Notes under the pieces: generated by a model
Told to the model about the DNA's origin: nothing
The model's input: only the letters and a program-made list of their open reading frames with translations
Databases searched by the model: none
Assembly (NCBI RefSeq): GCF_016433145.1
Contig: NC_058130.1
Location: 132,915,214-132,979,213 of the forward strand
DNA: 64,000 bases
Direction: 5' to 3'
DNA from: Gracilinanus agilis
Lineage: Eukaryota
Translations under genes and position numbers: made by a program
Part shown: in pieces, positions 41,966 to 61,334 of the stretch
Layout of the letters: every line of letters begins with the position of its first letter
Position numbering within the stretch: position 1 is the stretch's first letter

Positions 41966-43023
41966 TGGTTTCAAGTTCCCATTTCTGGAAAGTGCTATGA
42001 ATTTGTACTACACAGAAGGAAACTCATCTCTATTTCATTTGTGACCAAAAGTGGAATTCCTTTAACTTCCTGCCCACCTGCCTTGTTAATCAGGTGTTGT
42101 CTTTGAATGACTCAGAAATCAAACTCACCTTCAGAACCTGAAGATCTACTGCCACTGAAGGAAGAGGTCTAAAAGAATATCCTTGGGGCTAAATGCCCTG
42201 CAGGAGAGTGTAATTAGAAGAATAACCTTTTAGAGCAACTGCTTTGAAATGGGACAACAGACAGAGGAAAGGATAATTGTTAACCTGAGAGTTGGAGGTT
42301 GGTTTTTGGACTCCCGGAATGGATGGAAGTAGGCCTTACTTTATATCAACCCTCAAATAACGGATCATGACAGCATGGTGTGGCTGAAAAGCCTTTGGGT
42401 TTAAGGGGAAAGAAACCTGGGTTCTAGACCTGAGTCTGTCACTAATTAATATTAAACTATGAGTAAGATGAGCCTCAGCTGCTCCATCTATAAAATGAGG
42501 GGATCTGGCCAGATTCTCTCTTAAGTCCTAGTCTCTATTTATGACATTTTAGTATTCTGCTCTACAGTTATTAACAAGGTCACTAAAGATCTCTTCACAA
42601 GATAGTTAGATATGACTTAAGCAGTGCCTTATGGGAAAGAATTATGGTAAAACTTTGGTTCTGGCTGTATCCTGTGGTTGATTTGATTCTTCAGAACTTT
42701 AAGGTGGGGTTTCTGGTGTCTAATCTGCCTAAACTGTGGAAGTTGGATGTCAGCTTTTGTGGTTGGTCTATGCCCTCAGAGTCTCTTCATCTCTGTTGAG
42801 GTGAGACATCCCAGCCTCCCTCGAGAAAGTCACAAAGGTATTGAGTCTTGGAGGTATCAGAAAATAAAACCATTTTATTTTTCTTTACTTGCAAGGTCCA
42901 CACCATCCCATAAGGTATGGAGACATGGGAGGGGGTTAGGGAAGTACTCTCACAGGCTTAATTTGACAAGTAACTTCTGCCCATGGGGCAGGACCTAGCC
43001 AGGTCTCAGGTCTTGGGGCCAAG

Positions 43024-48825
<5,802 letters not shown>

Positions 48826-50693
48826 TTAAAGGGGCTCCTGTGAGCTTTCCACCTCCCAGCTCCACTCTGTCACAGGAAGTGAGCAGCCTCTTAACTGATC
48901 TCTCCGCTTCTAGTCTTCCCTCTTCCAGGCCATGCTAGCCATCAGTTCTAACATTCCTATAAAGCACAGCATCGATTCTGTTACCTCCTTGTACCACCTT
49001 TATTCAGAAACCTTCAATAATTCCTTCTTGACTACTGAATCAAATGCAGATTCCTCATCCTGATATCCAAAGCCTTCCATTAGCTTACCTTTCCAGTCTT
49101 GATTTCGCACTGCTTTCCTCTGTGTACCTCCCACACTGCAGAAACCCTGGGCTCCATTCCCCGTTATGTCCCATGCGTACCAGTGCCGTCCCTCCGCCTG
49201 ACATCTATCTCCCCACTCTCCATCTGCACACATGGAATGCACAGTGATCTCTTTTCTCAACTCCTACAGCTTGTTGCTGTCTGTGCTACTCAGCTGGCAT
49301 TTATGCATCATCTGGCATTTGTTAATTATCTTTCCATGTTTCATCTTCCTGACTTGACACCCTGCATGAGGGCAGAGTTAGGGTTGGATTCGTGCATCGT
49401 TCTACTTCTCCCAGCCCTTGGCCCAAAGTGGGTGATCTCTGAGACCCGAGTGAATAACCATGGCCAGGGGAGAAGTGGGGATAGCCTTTGCAGCTCCCCA
49501 GCTCTTCCCAGCAGACAGCTTGTGTCCCCTGGTCCTCCAGAGAGCAGGGGCTCAGAGGGTGCAGGTATCTCCCCAGGAGGCCATGAAGACTAGACATAAA
49601 GGAGAGGCCAAGCTTCATTTACATTTGATGCCTATTTCTTGTAAGCCCTCCCATGTTGGGAAGAGCTCCTCCATTCCTGGGCCAGGCAAGGTTCAGGACC
49701 AGTTGAGGCCGAGACCTCCCCTGGAGCACAACCCTGTGCCTTCTTCCCCAAACCCTTGTGCCACCTGCTCAGCCCAGAGCGGGATGGACCCACAGTCTGC
49801 TTTCCTTAACTCCATACACCTCATGATCCCAGATCTCCAGCCCTCCCTGGCCTACATCTTCTTCCTGGGATGCTGTGCTTTGGCAAACTAGGCCTCATGG
49901 GCCTGAACCAGAAGAACCAGAGCACAGGTAGCAAGGGCAACAGGTTGTGTCACTATTTACCTCAGGGGGCAGGGATGCCATGGATGGAAGGGCACAGGTG
50001 CTGCTGCTCTAGATCTTGACCCCTTTTCCACCCCTCCCCCCAACTCAGAGCTGAGGACCCTGATTGTCTGTCTCTGGCTTAGGGAAGGAGAGCTCCCCTG
50101 CCTAGGTTGATTTAATGGGTTCTTTTGGTGGGGGAGGGAAGGGCAGGAAGCTGCTGCCCCACCCAGTCCCCCCTCCCACCCCAGGTACCCAGCAGGGCCC
50201 AGAAACCACAGAAAGGGGAACTTAGGGTTTTCTTGTTTTTCTCTGAAACGTCTTCCTGTCTCCCAGCTCGGAGCTTTCTGCTGATCCCTATGCCTTCTAT
50301 GGCCCTGCTGAACAACTCCCATGCTCTGGGGGATTTGTGCTCAGGCCTCTTCCCTTGGCCTCGTCCAGGGGAGATGGAAGGGGGTGGGGGTGGGGATGGA
50401 ACTCAGATTCTCACCCACAAGCTCCTCCCTTCCCATCCCCCCAACTCGACCTCCACAGGGAATCGGGGCTGGCACTGAATGCTCTTCAGACACCCTACCC
50501 ACACGGACCCAGAAATAATCCCACAAACACTTGAGGGAGAGAGACCTCTGGCATCCCCGCTGGCCCCGCAGCCTCTATTTCCCCCCACACTCCACCCCAC
50601 ACCCACAGGTGGCTAAGAGGGTCCGGTACCCAGCCACCTCCACGCTTCCCCCAGTAGCGCATCCCCCCTTCCTCCCGAGTCCCTCAGCCTCAC

Positions 50694-50900
50694 CTGATGC
50701 CCGGTGAGATGCAGGAAGGCCAGGCCTGACGAGGAAGAAGGAGCTGGAGCTGGAGCCAGGGAGACACCACCGCCCGCCCGGATAAGGATGCTCCTGTCAA
50801 GACAATGAATGAGAAGCAGACGGCTTGGGCCGGCCCCTTTAAGAGCGGCAGCACCCCTTTGGGGAGGGAAGGGGGCAGGGCCATTAAATGGAGCCCGCCC
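50694..50900 (-). promoter_or_regulatory. CORO1A non-coding exon 1 and proximal promoter
   Basis: Strong donor CAG|GTGAGG after 50694. Minus-strand CATTGTCTTGACAGGAGCATC resembles my recollection of the human CORO1A 5'UTR. GC boxes and a TTAAAG TATA-like site near 50838; CpG-enriched. Confidence 0.75.
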
Positions 50901-52512
50901 ACTACTCTTCCTTAGCGGTTTTTGGGTCTCGGTTCCCCCCATCCTGCCCCAGCCAAAGGGCACCAGAGAGTGGAAGAGATGGGGAGGGGCGGGGGCTTTG
51001 GGGACGGAACTGCTGGGGACGCTCCCCCCAGGGCAGCTTCCTCCCATCCTTTCTAGGCGAGCCAGGGATGCTCTGCTCTGTTATAGACCATCCTACAGCT
51101 GGAGCCTGAAGGGGCCTTGGAGCCATCCCTTCATTTTAACACTAAGGAAACTGAGGCCCAGAGATGTTGGTTGACTTGCTCAACCAAGGCTGTGCAAGAA
51201 GCAGGCCTCAACATGAAATGGAACTAGAATTTAAACCCCAGTTCCTCACAGATCAGAGCTCATCCTACTCCATCATACTGCCTCCCACTGTCTTGTCTTT
51301 AACATCAATGAGACCCTTTGGTCTGCCTTTCTTCATTGGTTGGCATAGCAAGCTCCCCAAGACAGGACCTGTTCTATTCCTCTCCAGCCCAGGATGTGAA
51401 GTAGAGGAAAGCACTTTCAAACCCCTCTTTGCTCCCCAGAGAGCAGAGAGTTCTGAATGTCTTTATTCCACCATCTCCCTAACCTAGATACATATTGTGC
51501 TCTCCAGGTTTTGGGCCCTGAGCCTAGTACAGTTAAAAGTACACTAGTCTGGCAGTCAAAATAACAATTTCCAGGTCTCTACCACTGACTTAGTGAGGAA
51601 AATCTGGAACTAACGGTAAGTACTTAAGGGTTTGTTGATTGATTGAAGAAAGATTTAAAGGAGAAGGAAGAAGCTCCTGAACTTCTGCAGAAAGCTGTAG
51701 GATCAACAATTTCATCTCTATCTTCCCAGGGACTCTTGGAGCTATACTATCCCTTTCTCTGATTAATCCCCCTCCACCTCAGATCTCCTGGATAGTTGGG
51801 ATAAAGAGGAGAGCCTTTTTTATACCGAGAGATACCCAAGTGTACTGCCCTCACACAGCCACTCCGTCACAACCAGGGAGGCTTTCGTGAAACCTATCAT
51901 CAATCTTTCTGACAGCATCTCCAGTCCATTTCCTCTAGGTCAGTAGCCTCGACAGAGATTTTTTGCTGAGGGCTATCTCTAGGGGTAAGTGGTTCAGTCT
52001 CACACCCATATTTAGTTATAGAATATAATTCTCTCTTATTGTCTGATAATTTCCATGTTAAAACTGGGTGAAACTTGGAGTGCCATTTCCTATCGATTAC
52101 TTATCTACTGTGGCAGTGCCTTAGAACAAAAAAGGATAGCAGAGACCTAGAAGGTCTAATGTTGACAAGAGAAAGATTGGGGGGCCTTTTTTAAGTTCAG
52201 TGTGTGCTTGCTAGCTAGGGGCATCTTCAGGTGTCCTGGTGGTGGTATCCAGGGTGAATGGGGAGAAGATGGATTAGATTTTTTTCTTTCCAGGTCACTG
52301 CAGAGGGCAGAATCAGTTAGTAGAAGTTCCTAGGATTGTAGGTTTTAGAGCTAAAAGGTAAGTTGGAGTTCATCTAGTCTAATTCCTTTATATTATAGGT
52401 CAGGAAACTCAGAGAGTGACCTGCTTGAGATCACCCTGGTAGTAAGAAGAATAGAAATTCAAAGTCAGGTCATTTTGGGGGAGGTTGGTTTTCTTACAAT
52501 CAGAACTATTCC

Positions 52513-52683
52513 AGGGACAGCTGGGTAGCTCAGTGGATTATATGGGAGGTCCTGGGTTCAAATCTGACCTCAGATACTTCCTAGATGGGTGACCCTGGAC
52601 AAGTCGCTTAACCTCCATTGCCTAGCCCATACATAACATGAATTCTAAGGCAGAAGGTAAGAGTTTAAAAAAAAAAAAAGAAA
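52513..52683 (+). mobile_element. SINE1-type copy with internal deletions
   Basis: GGGACAGCTGGGTAGCTCAGTGGATT...GAGTTTAAAAAAA. Confidence 0.8.
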
Positions 52684-53139
52684 AAGAACTGTTCCAGGTA
52701 GGAACAAATGGGGTACCTCATGACAGGTAGTGAGTTTCTCTTCATTAGAATTGTTTAAGAAGAGGCTAACTACCTGTCAGAGACTCAGGTTGCCCTTAGG
52801 GAAGATGGATGTGTTAACCTCTGAGATCTTCTCCAATGGCTGAGTATATAATGCTAATTCTCAGGGTAGAGAGAGAAGTAACACAGATTGTTGGCATAAC
52901 AAGAACCAGCCCATAGCCATTGGTGGTGACACAGAACTAGCCCGGTCCTCCTGAGTTCAGAATTTTGTACAAGGACCCAGTTGATTATACAAGGAAATCA
53001 TGTGGTATGATGGAAATAACACTGGATTAGAACAGAAGATCTGTGATATCCTACTTCTTCCACTTACTTCATGGCTTTCCCCACTTTGAGCCTCAATTTC
53101 TTCATCTGTAAAGTGAGACAAGGAAAAAAATGAATGCAT

Positions 53140-55420
53140 AAGCATAGTCAAAGAGGAAACAAAATGGTCACTTTGGGTAGAAGACATGATGGTGTACTTA
53201 GAGAACTCCAGAGAATCAACTGAAAAATCAATTGAAATTAACTTTGGCAAGATTGCACAATGTAAGATAAATCGATCCAAATCATGAGCATCCCTGTATA
53301 TAACCCTCAAAACCCAGCAATAGGAGCCGAAAAAACAAATTCCATTCAAAATAACTACTGAAGCTATAAAATATATGGGGGCTTATATACTAACATTCAC
53401 CTAGGGACTATAGGAATCTATTTACAAACCCCCCCCCCCCTTTTTTTTAAACCAATACTTTCTGTAACTACTTTAAATAGAAAGGCAAGGACCAGGCAAA
53501 CAAGATTAAGTGACTTGCCCAGGGTCACACAGCTAGGAACTATCAGAGATCAGATTTGAATCAGATGCTCTAGACTCCAAGCCTATAAAATACTTTTTTT
53601 GCAGAAATACAGAGCTAAATAATTTAGTTGTTCAGTCATGTCCTAAATGACCCCATTTGGAGGTTTTTGGGGTTTTTTTTGGCAGAGATATTGGAGGGAT
53701 TTGCCATTTCCTTCTCTAGCTCATTTTACATATGAGGAAACTGAGGCAAACAGGGTTAAGTGACTTGCCTAGGATCACACAGTTAGTAAATGTGAAGCCG
53801 TCCACCGACTCCACGAAGATTCCTAGTGGGTTGGACACTCAGAAAGGGGAACCAAGGACTGAGTGAAAATGGGCTACGGGTCAAGGATTAATGGAAAGAG
53901 AACATAAGGCGAGAATAAAGATACACAGACACAGAAAGTTTTGGCATAAGGTAGACAGACAGCGAGTAAGCTCTGATGGTCAAGAGCTTCATGGTTAGGA
54001 GCTCTGATGGTTGAGAGCTCTCTTGCCAACTGATGTCTTGTCACTTTTATTGGGGTTACAACAGTATGGGGGGAAGGGGAGAGGCTGGTGGCCTGATACG
54101 TTAACATTATGAGGTAATCATCATAAAATGCAAACTACCAAAACCTAAAACAATAAGTAGAGCTAAGATCAGGATCCAGGGTGGATATGGCCTAAGGCAT
54201 CTACTGATGTTTGATACCTATGTTAATTGATCATTGAAGGAAAAGTAAGGAGACTGAGATAACTGACTCTCTTCTGGAGTGTGGCCTTAGGGAAGGGCTA
54301 GGGATTTGGCAAGGTCAACATTCAATTTGACTCAGGATTGCAGAGATCAATCATTAGCAGTATAAGAGTTAAGTTTTTGAATACTTCTTAAAATAATATC
54401 ACAATTAATGTATACCTGGATTGCTACAAAATGTGTGAGATAGAGATTTTAACTCAATTCTTCCTGACTACAGCCCTGGCATTATATCTATTTGTTCCAT
54501 CTAGCTGCCATTATAGTATAGTGTTTCATAAACCTAAAGACCTCAGCTACTGGGGAAAGAACTCACAATATGGCAAAAACTGTGGAGGAAATTGGATAGC
54601 AGACTTGTAGAAATTAGATTTAGACCAACACCATAAAGCAAGATAAGTGTCCAACAGATATATGAAGTAGATATGAGAGGTCACATCACAAACCAGTTAA
54701 GGAAGCAAAAAAGGCATTACCTTTTGTATCTACAGATAGAGAAAATTTCATTACTAAATAAGTAATAAAGATTACAGGAGATAAAACAGACAATTTCAAT
54801 TAAATAAAATCAAATTTTTTTTCACAAACAAAATAGTAAAATTAGAAGGGAAATAGGTAATGGAGTAGAATCTTTGTGACATTTCACTTATAATAAAGTT
54901 CTCGATTCTAAGATATATAAGGAACTGATTTAATTATTTTTAAAATACCCTCACCATAGAATCAATACTAAGTATCAGTTCCAAGGAAAAGAGCAGTGAG
55001 GACTAGGCAGTTGAGGTTAAGTGACTTGCCCAGGGTCACATAACTAGGAAGTGTCTGAGATCTGATTTGAATCCAGGACCTCCCATCTGTAAGCCTGGCT
55101 CTCTATTCATTGAGCCACCTACATGCCCTTAGGGACTAACTTAAATTGATATGACTGGAAGCCTTTTTCTCAGCTGATAAATGGTCAAAGAATATGAACA
55201 CAGGAAAATATCCAAGTGCCCAATGATTGTATGAAAAAAAATGCTCTTAAGTCATTAGTAATTAGAAAATTACTAAATCATTTAAGGTTCCACCTCACAT
55301 CTATTGGACTGGTAAAGATGACAAAAGAGGAAAATGATAAATGTTGTATGTTCAGGCCTCTGGAAACAGAAACACTAATGCACCGTACATATGCATACAT
55401 TTTTAGACATGGCTAATATG
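53140..55420 (+). mobile_element. Fragmented old L1 ORF2, interrupted by SINEs and an LTR
   Basis: Degenerate ORF2 pieces (DMMVYLENSREST near 53190; KPKDLSYWGKNS near 54520; MKKCS-LVIR..RFHLT near 55240). Confidence 0.65.
53793..54428 (-). mobile_element. Solo LTR, 636 bp
   Basis: TG...CA ends, inverted termini TGAAGC/TGTAGC, 5-bp TSD AAATG (53788-53792 and 54429-54433), minus-strand AATAAA near 54045-54050; inserted in an older SINE/MIR-like element. Confidence 0.85.
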
Positions 55421-55667
55421 AGAAATTTTGCCAAATCATATAGCTATGATTGAGGGATTTTTTAAAAAGTAAAGTGAGGCTAATGACTGCCTGGCCTCTC
55501 ACACAGAATTTTGATAATCAAATGAGATAATGGATATGAAATGCAAATATGACCTACTCTACTATTGTTATACTGTTCAATTAAGTACCATTAGCTATGT
55601 CCTGATTTTCCTGAGGGCATTATGAGAACTGTTATTTTCTTTCATTTTTCTTCTGTATTCTGTATGC

Positions 55668-55857
55668 TTTTTTTTTTTTTAAACCCTTGTACTTTGGTGT
55701 ATTGTCTCATAGGTGGAAGATTGGTAAGGGTGGGCAATGGGGGTCAAGTGACTTGCCCAGGGTCACACAGCTGGGAAGTGGCTGAGGCCGGGTTTGAACC
55801 TAGGACCTCCTGTCTCTAGGCCTGACTCTCACTCCACTGAGCTACCCAGCTGCCCCC
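55668..55857 (-). mobile_element. Young SINE1_Mdo
   Basis: TSD TCTGTATGCTTTT; near-consensus sequence. Confidence 0.9.
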
Positions 55858-55869
55858 TGTCTGTATGCT

Positions 55870-57750
55870 TTTTTAATGGGCATCTTTTGTTTTTATATCA
55901 CTTTTTATTTCCAAATTTCTTTCCTTCCCTCTCCAGAGAGCCATTTCTTATAACAGAGAATTTTAAAAAAGAAAAAAGAGAAAGAAAGCAGCTCAGCAAA
56001 ACTAATCAACACAGCAACTGAGTCTGATGGCATATACAATGTCTGCATACATAGTCCCATATCTCTATGAAGAAGGAAGGTGCATTTTCTCTTTTTTTTA
56101 GGATCAGAATTGATCATCATAATTACAAATGGTCCATTTCTTCTTTAGTTTTGTTCATTCACATTGTTGTAGTTTTGTATAATGATTCTCAAACTCTGGT
56201 CCCGGAGACAGACCCCTTTAAGACCCTTCCTTTCAGTGGGTCCACAAGGTCAAAACTATTTTGATAATACTATGAAATACATAATAAAACTATAATAATA
56301 CTATGACATTTTGATTCCTAATTTAATAAATATCTGTATAGGTAACTCATGTAAACAGGTTTCTGATCATTTTTAAGGATGTAAAGAGGTCCTGAGACCA
56401 AAAAGTTAGAGAACTACTGGTATAATGAATAAAAAAATCTGACCCGTAAACTCAAATCAGAGTTTGGAACTTGTCTCAGTCTTAATTAACTTCATATCCT
56501 AGCCAGCTTTCTAAGTTCCAGGAAAAGTGTTTTTCTTCAATGGAAGAAGAAATTCCTGATTGAGGAACTCCCTCAAACAAACAAAAAGTAATTTCTCTTA
56601 TTGTTTCCCTAGTTCTGTTTATTTCACTTTTCATCAGGTGCCTTCATATCCTTCTCTGTGTTCTTCATATTCATTGTTTCTTATAATGAAATATGATCTT
56701 AAATTTATCTAATGCAATCTGTTTAATCATTCCTCAATTGATGGGCATCTACTTTGATTTCAGTTTTTTGCTACTACAAAAATATATTGCTATAAATATT
56801 CTGCAAGGTGGGGGACTTTTCTATCTTTGATGTCCTCAGAGTATTTGCCTAACTGGCACAAAAAGTATGGACATCATCATATTCTTAGCATAATTCCAAA
56901 TTTCTTTACAGAATGGTTGAACCAATTCACAACACAACCAATACTGTATATACCTACCTGTATATGCCTGCACTATATTATATATACCTGCCTTCTCACT
57001 ACTCCTCCAATATTGACTATTCCCATCTTGTGTCTTCTTTGACAATTTGCAGGGTGTGAAGTGAAATGAAACCTCAAGGTTTCTTGATGTTTGTTTCTCT
57101 TATTATTAGTGAATTGGAACAGTATTTCTCATATGACTGTTTATTATTTGCAATGCTTCTTTTAAGAGATGTTCATAGAATTTTTCTATTTATCCATTGA
57201 AAGAACCAGTTCTTCCAAACTTTCTCATTAGACTTGTCCAACAATGGAACAAATGAGTTGTCTTGTGGAATAGTGAGCAACCCATTACTAGAAGGATTCA
57301 GGTTTGGAATATTACTTACTATATTATATACATATACATACATATGTGTTATAGAAATGTGATGACTACAGAGAAACATGGAAAGATCAATATGAACTGA
57401 TGCAGTGAAGTAAGCCAGTCCAAGAAAACAATATACACGATAACTACAACAATGCAAATGGAAAGAATGACACACAAAAATCACAAACCACTGTAAAATT
57501 TTTTCAAAAAATCAAGTAGGATTTGAATAAAGAGAAGACATCCCAATCCACCCTCTTTGTAGAGGTGGGGACTCCAAACATGTTACACATTGTATGTGTT
57601 TTCAGATCTTTTCAATGTATCCATCAGGTATTTTATTCCGGTTGTTTTTTCTCTCTAAAAAAATACTAATTGTTATGTGATATAACTCTCTAGAAGACGC
57701 AGGGGGTTATGTAAGAAACAGAAGGCCCCAATAAAAACTTATTAAAAAAA
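55870..57750. mobile_element. Old L1 fragments (minus about 55870-57180; plus about 57290-57750)
   Basis: L1 ORF2 C-terminal and 3'UTR-like sequence, highly degenerate. Confidence 0.6.
56180..56419. mobile_element. Charlie1-like non-autonomous hAT relic
   Basis: Degenerate TIRs TAATGATTCTCAAACT / AGTTAGAGAACTACTG; GGTCCACAAGGTCAAAACTATTTT and GGTCCTGAGACCAAAAAG motifs typical of Charlie1 ends. Confidence 0.65.
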
Positions 57751-60407
57751 AAAAAAAGAAGCATTTTAGTTAAGGCTAACCATTAAAGAATACTTCAAGG
57801 AGAAAATTCTTGCCATGTTTTACTGAGTTTTTATTTCTGAACACAAATCCTTTCATTTCCAAATGATACTTTAACATTCCTCCTATAATGGTGCCAAATG
57901 CACCACTCCCAAATGCAGTATAGGGCTGATCCAATCAGCAATCATTTAACACACACCTAGTACGTACCAGGCACTGGATCAGGTTCTAGATGTTATTAGT
58001 GGTAGCTGGGGGCAGGGAGAGGAGGTAAGGGGAGGGGGCATGGGAAGTCTCACAGGAACCAGAAGGCAATAGATTGTCATACATTTTCCAGCAACGATGG
58101 TAATATTGATTTGATTATTATTCCCTGAGTAAGTGGAATGGGATGATGCCTGAACCAGCTAGGCCTTGATGTCCTAGTGGAAAGTAGAATGGCCTTGGGC
58201 TAGCTAGAGATAGAGTACTGAAGTGACTCTTATGGTCAATAGTAGTCAAAAATTGCTACCCATAAGTGGAAAATGCTTATTTGATAATATCAAAAAAAAG
58301 AAATTTTGTTATTGGTGGGCAACCTCTCTTCCCTCTATTATTTACTATTTCTTAAAAAAAAAAAAAAAACTTCCTTTCTATCTTGAGAACAACTCTAAGA
58401 CAGAAGGGCAAGGGCTAGGCAAAAGAGGTTAAGTCATTTGCTCAGGGTCACACAGCTAGGAAGTGTTTGAGGTCATATTTGAACCCAGGTCCTCCTGACT
58501 CAAGGCCTGCCTGTTGCTACCTAACTGCCCAATTAACAGAGATCAGTGATTACAAACTGGAATAACCTTGCATCAAGGTGCATTGCTTTTATTATTATCT
58601 TTAAAACTTTATTGTTTAATCAAAATTTTCTTAATTTTTCTAATATAAAAGTTCTGTGCCACTGAAAAATAGTAAAAAATCTTGTGGGAGTTCTGAGTAT
58701 ACCCTCTGCAAGTGGTTGGAGAACCTCATTCGGGGGACCAAAGACCTTTTCCTAATTATAAACCAAGCCTGTTATTTGCCACTAACCCCTTGTCAATACT
58801 TCTGCCCACTGCTGGGTCCATTGCATGGTTGATGCATCCTCATAATATATAGGAAGCCGGAGCCCAGGAAGCATTCACTCTGGCCACTAGATGGGGCATT
58901 CTAACCCATAGATTAGGTCCTCGTCTGACCATAGAGAGTGACTGAGAATTGGCAGGTTCTAATTTTCCACAAATATCCTGATCATTAGCCCTCTATCGAC
59001 CCTAGCTGGCAGTGCCTTGTTTCAAATCCCTAAAGTATCAGAACTGGGGGAGATGTGAGTGATCATCTAATTCAACCCTTTCCTCCCATTTCACAGACGA
59101 GAAAAATAAGGCCTAGCCAAGTTAAGTGACACGTTTTAGGACTCCCTTTTAGGTACCTACATGATTATGGACAAACCATTTAATTTTTTCTACAAAGCAG
59201 GGATGATATCTGTATCCTAAAGTAAACCAAGTTGTTGTGAGAAAAGTGCTTTAATAAATTTTACCAGGTTACATAAATTGGAGCTATTCTTCTTCTTATT
59301 CTCCAACTCCCCAGAACAAATTTGAGATTAGTCATCAGGTCTCCTGATTTCTGGCCCAATGCTCTTTCCACCTCATGACACTGGTTTGAGACTATTTTTT
59401 TTCAGTTTTGATGGAATCTCCAAGGACTGAGACAAATGACGTAGAACCCTCTTCTCTTGTGTTCGGGGCAGCCCTGTCTGTTGCATGTCAGTTGGTACCT
59501 TTCTTCACATTGCCCTGGCACTCATTCCTGGAATCCAGCTTTGTCTGAATACCTTTCATAGCTAAGCTGGGGAAGCAGAATTTGCTTTAGGAAGCTGGGA
59601 CCAGCTCCCCAAATATAACTGACGTCAGGCAAGGGAGGCCTCCAGGGAGTTTTCTTGGGAGAGAAGAGTTAATATTAGTACAAATGGCAATAGGCTTTAT
59701 CTAAAGGCGTTTCAGGTCTCTTCAGATCCTGGAATGTCTCCAGCATGATGGAGTCAGATGAGCCTCTATCTGTTTTTTAGAGTTCTTGGAACCAACAGCT
59801 CAGAGCCCCCAAGACTCTTGGCTCACACTAAAAGGGTCTAATCTTGGGAGCTGCCCCAGAGGATCAATATTTACTCTGGAAAATCTCCAATTACAGATCA
59901 ATGAATATGGGGAAAAGGGATCTCCAGATCACTACAAGCATCCCAAGTCACAAATTTATATTGGTTCTTTTATTTCATCCCACCAAAACTGCAGAAAGAA
60001 CAAAAGACTCAGAGAAGACCATTAACAGATACAGAAAACATAAATTTGTAGTGATTTCCCTCAGAAGGAACTAAAATTGCCATAGGGTCAAAACTGGTGT
60101 TGTGGTGAATGTCTAGCTCTCTCACTGGGTCATTTCAGCATTCCCTATGATTTGGCTTTCCCCAGAAGGCACACCTGGAGCTATTCGATGGGCAACTCTC
60201 TTCTCATTAGACCTGCACCATTCCTAGTACCTCATTCTACTAGTACAGGATGGCAAAGCCTTCCTTCCTCATGTTGTAGATTTGACTCTTACTGTTCCTC
60301 TAGATTCAGAAGATTCAGGAACTTCTCTTCTCTCTCTAAAAGCCTGGGACCCAAATTCTCAAGCCAATACTGAGTATTGATTCCAAGACAGAAGGTAAGG
60401 GTTTAAA

Positions 60408-60462
<55 letters not shown>
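60408..60462. repeat. (TAA)n microsatellite forming the tail of a 5'-truncated SINE (about 60360-60462)
   Basis: Read directly. Confidence 0.9.
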
Positions 60463-60463
<1 letters not shown>

Positions 60464-60497
60464 CTGATGTTTCCACAAAATGCCTACTATTCATATC

Positions 60498-60689
60498 TTT
60501 TTTTTATTAAACCCTTACCTTCCGTCTTGGAGTCAATACTGTGTATTGGCTCCAAGGTGGAAGAGTGGTAAGGGTAGGCAATGGGGTTCAAGTGACTTGC
60601 CCAGGGTCACACAGCTGGGAAGTGTCTGAGGCTAGATTTGACCTCCCATCTCTAGGCCTGGCTCTCAATCCACTGAGCTACCTGGCTGC
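60498..60689 (-). mobile_element. Young SINE1_Mdo
   Basis: Near-consensus reverse-complement copy. Confidence 0.9.
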
Positions 60690-61134
60690 TTAATCTTAAT
60701 ACCCAATCTTAATAAAGGCTGTACTTTCAGCAACTGATATTATGTTTTTAAAATGTAGCAGGTATTTTTAGAAACAAATGTTCAAAATCCATCAATAATT
60801 TCTTTGTGTTGTTGAAGAAGCTACATTTCTAGGTGTGACACATTCATACCCCTACACTTGCCTGTAGTTCTCATAACCTTCGTGGTAAATAACTTTTATC
60901 TTAGACGGAGTGCATAAACTGGAATGGTTACATAGAATCATAGCATATTAGAGCTAGATGGGCTTCTAAAGATCATAGTCTTGTCCCTTCATTTTCTAGG
61001 GAGGAAACTGAAGTTCAGAGAGTTAAAGGGACTTGTCCACCATCCGAGTGGCAGTGGCAGTACTTCTACTTATAGAGTGTGTATGTAAATGATTAAAAAT
61101 TGGATCTCAAAAAAAAATGCTTGATTCATTTTTT

Positions 61135-61334
61135 AATTTTTAATTTTTTTTTATTTTAAACCCTTTAACTTCTGTGTATTGACTTATAGGTGGAAGATTG
61201 GTAAGGGTGGGCAATGGGGGTCAAGTGACTTGCCCAGGGTCACACAGCTGGGAAGTGGCTGAGGCCGGATTTGAACCTAGGACCTCCCGTCTCCAGGCCT
61301 GGCTCTCAATCCACTGAGCTACCCAGCTGCCCCT
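61135..61334 (-). mobile_element. Young SINE1_Mdo
   Basis: Near-consensus reverse-complement copy. Confidence 0.9.

Noticed and set aside
49000-51487. Many 65-164 aa ORFs around the CORO1A first intron and promoter
   Set aside because: GC-rich, low-complexity, mutually overlapping on both strands; no homology recognised.
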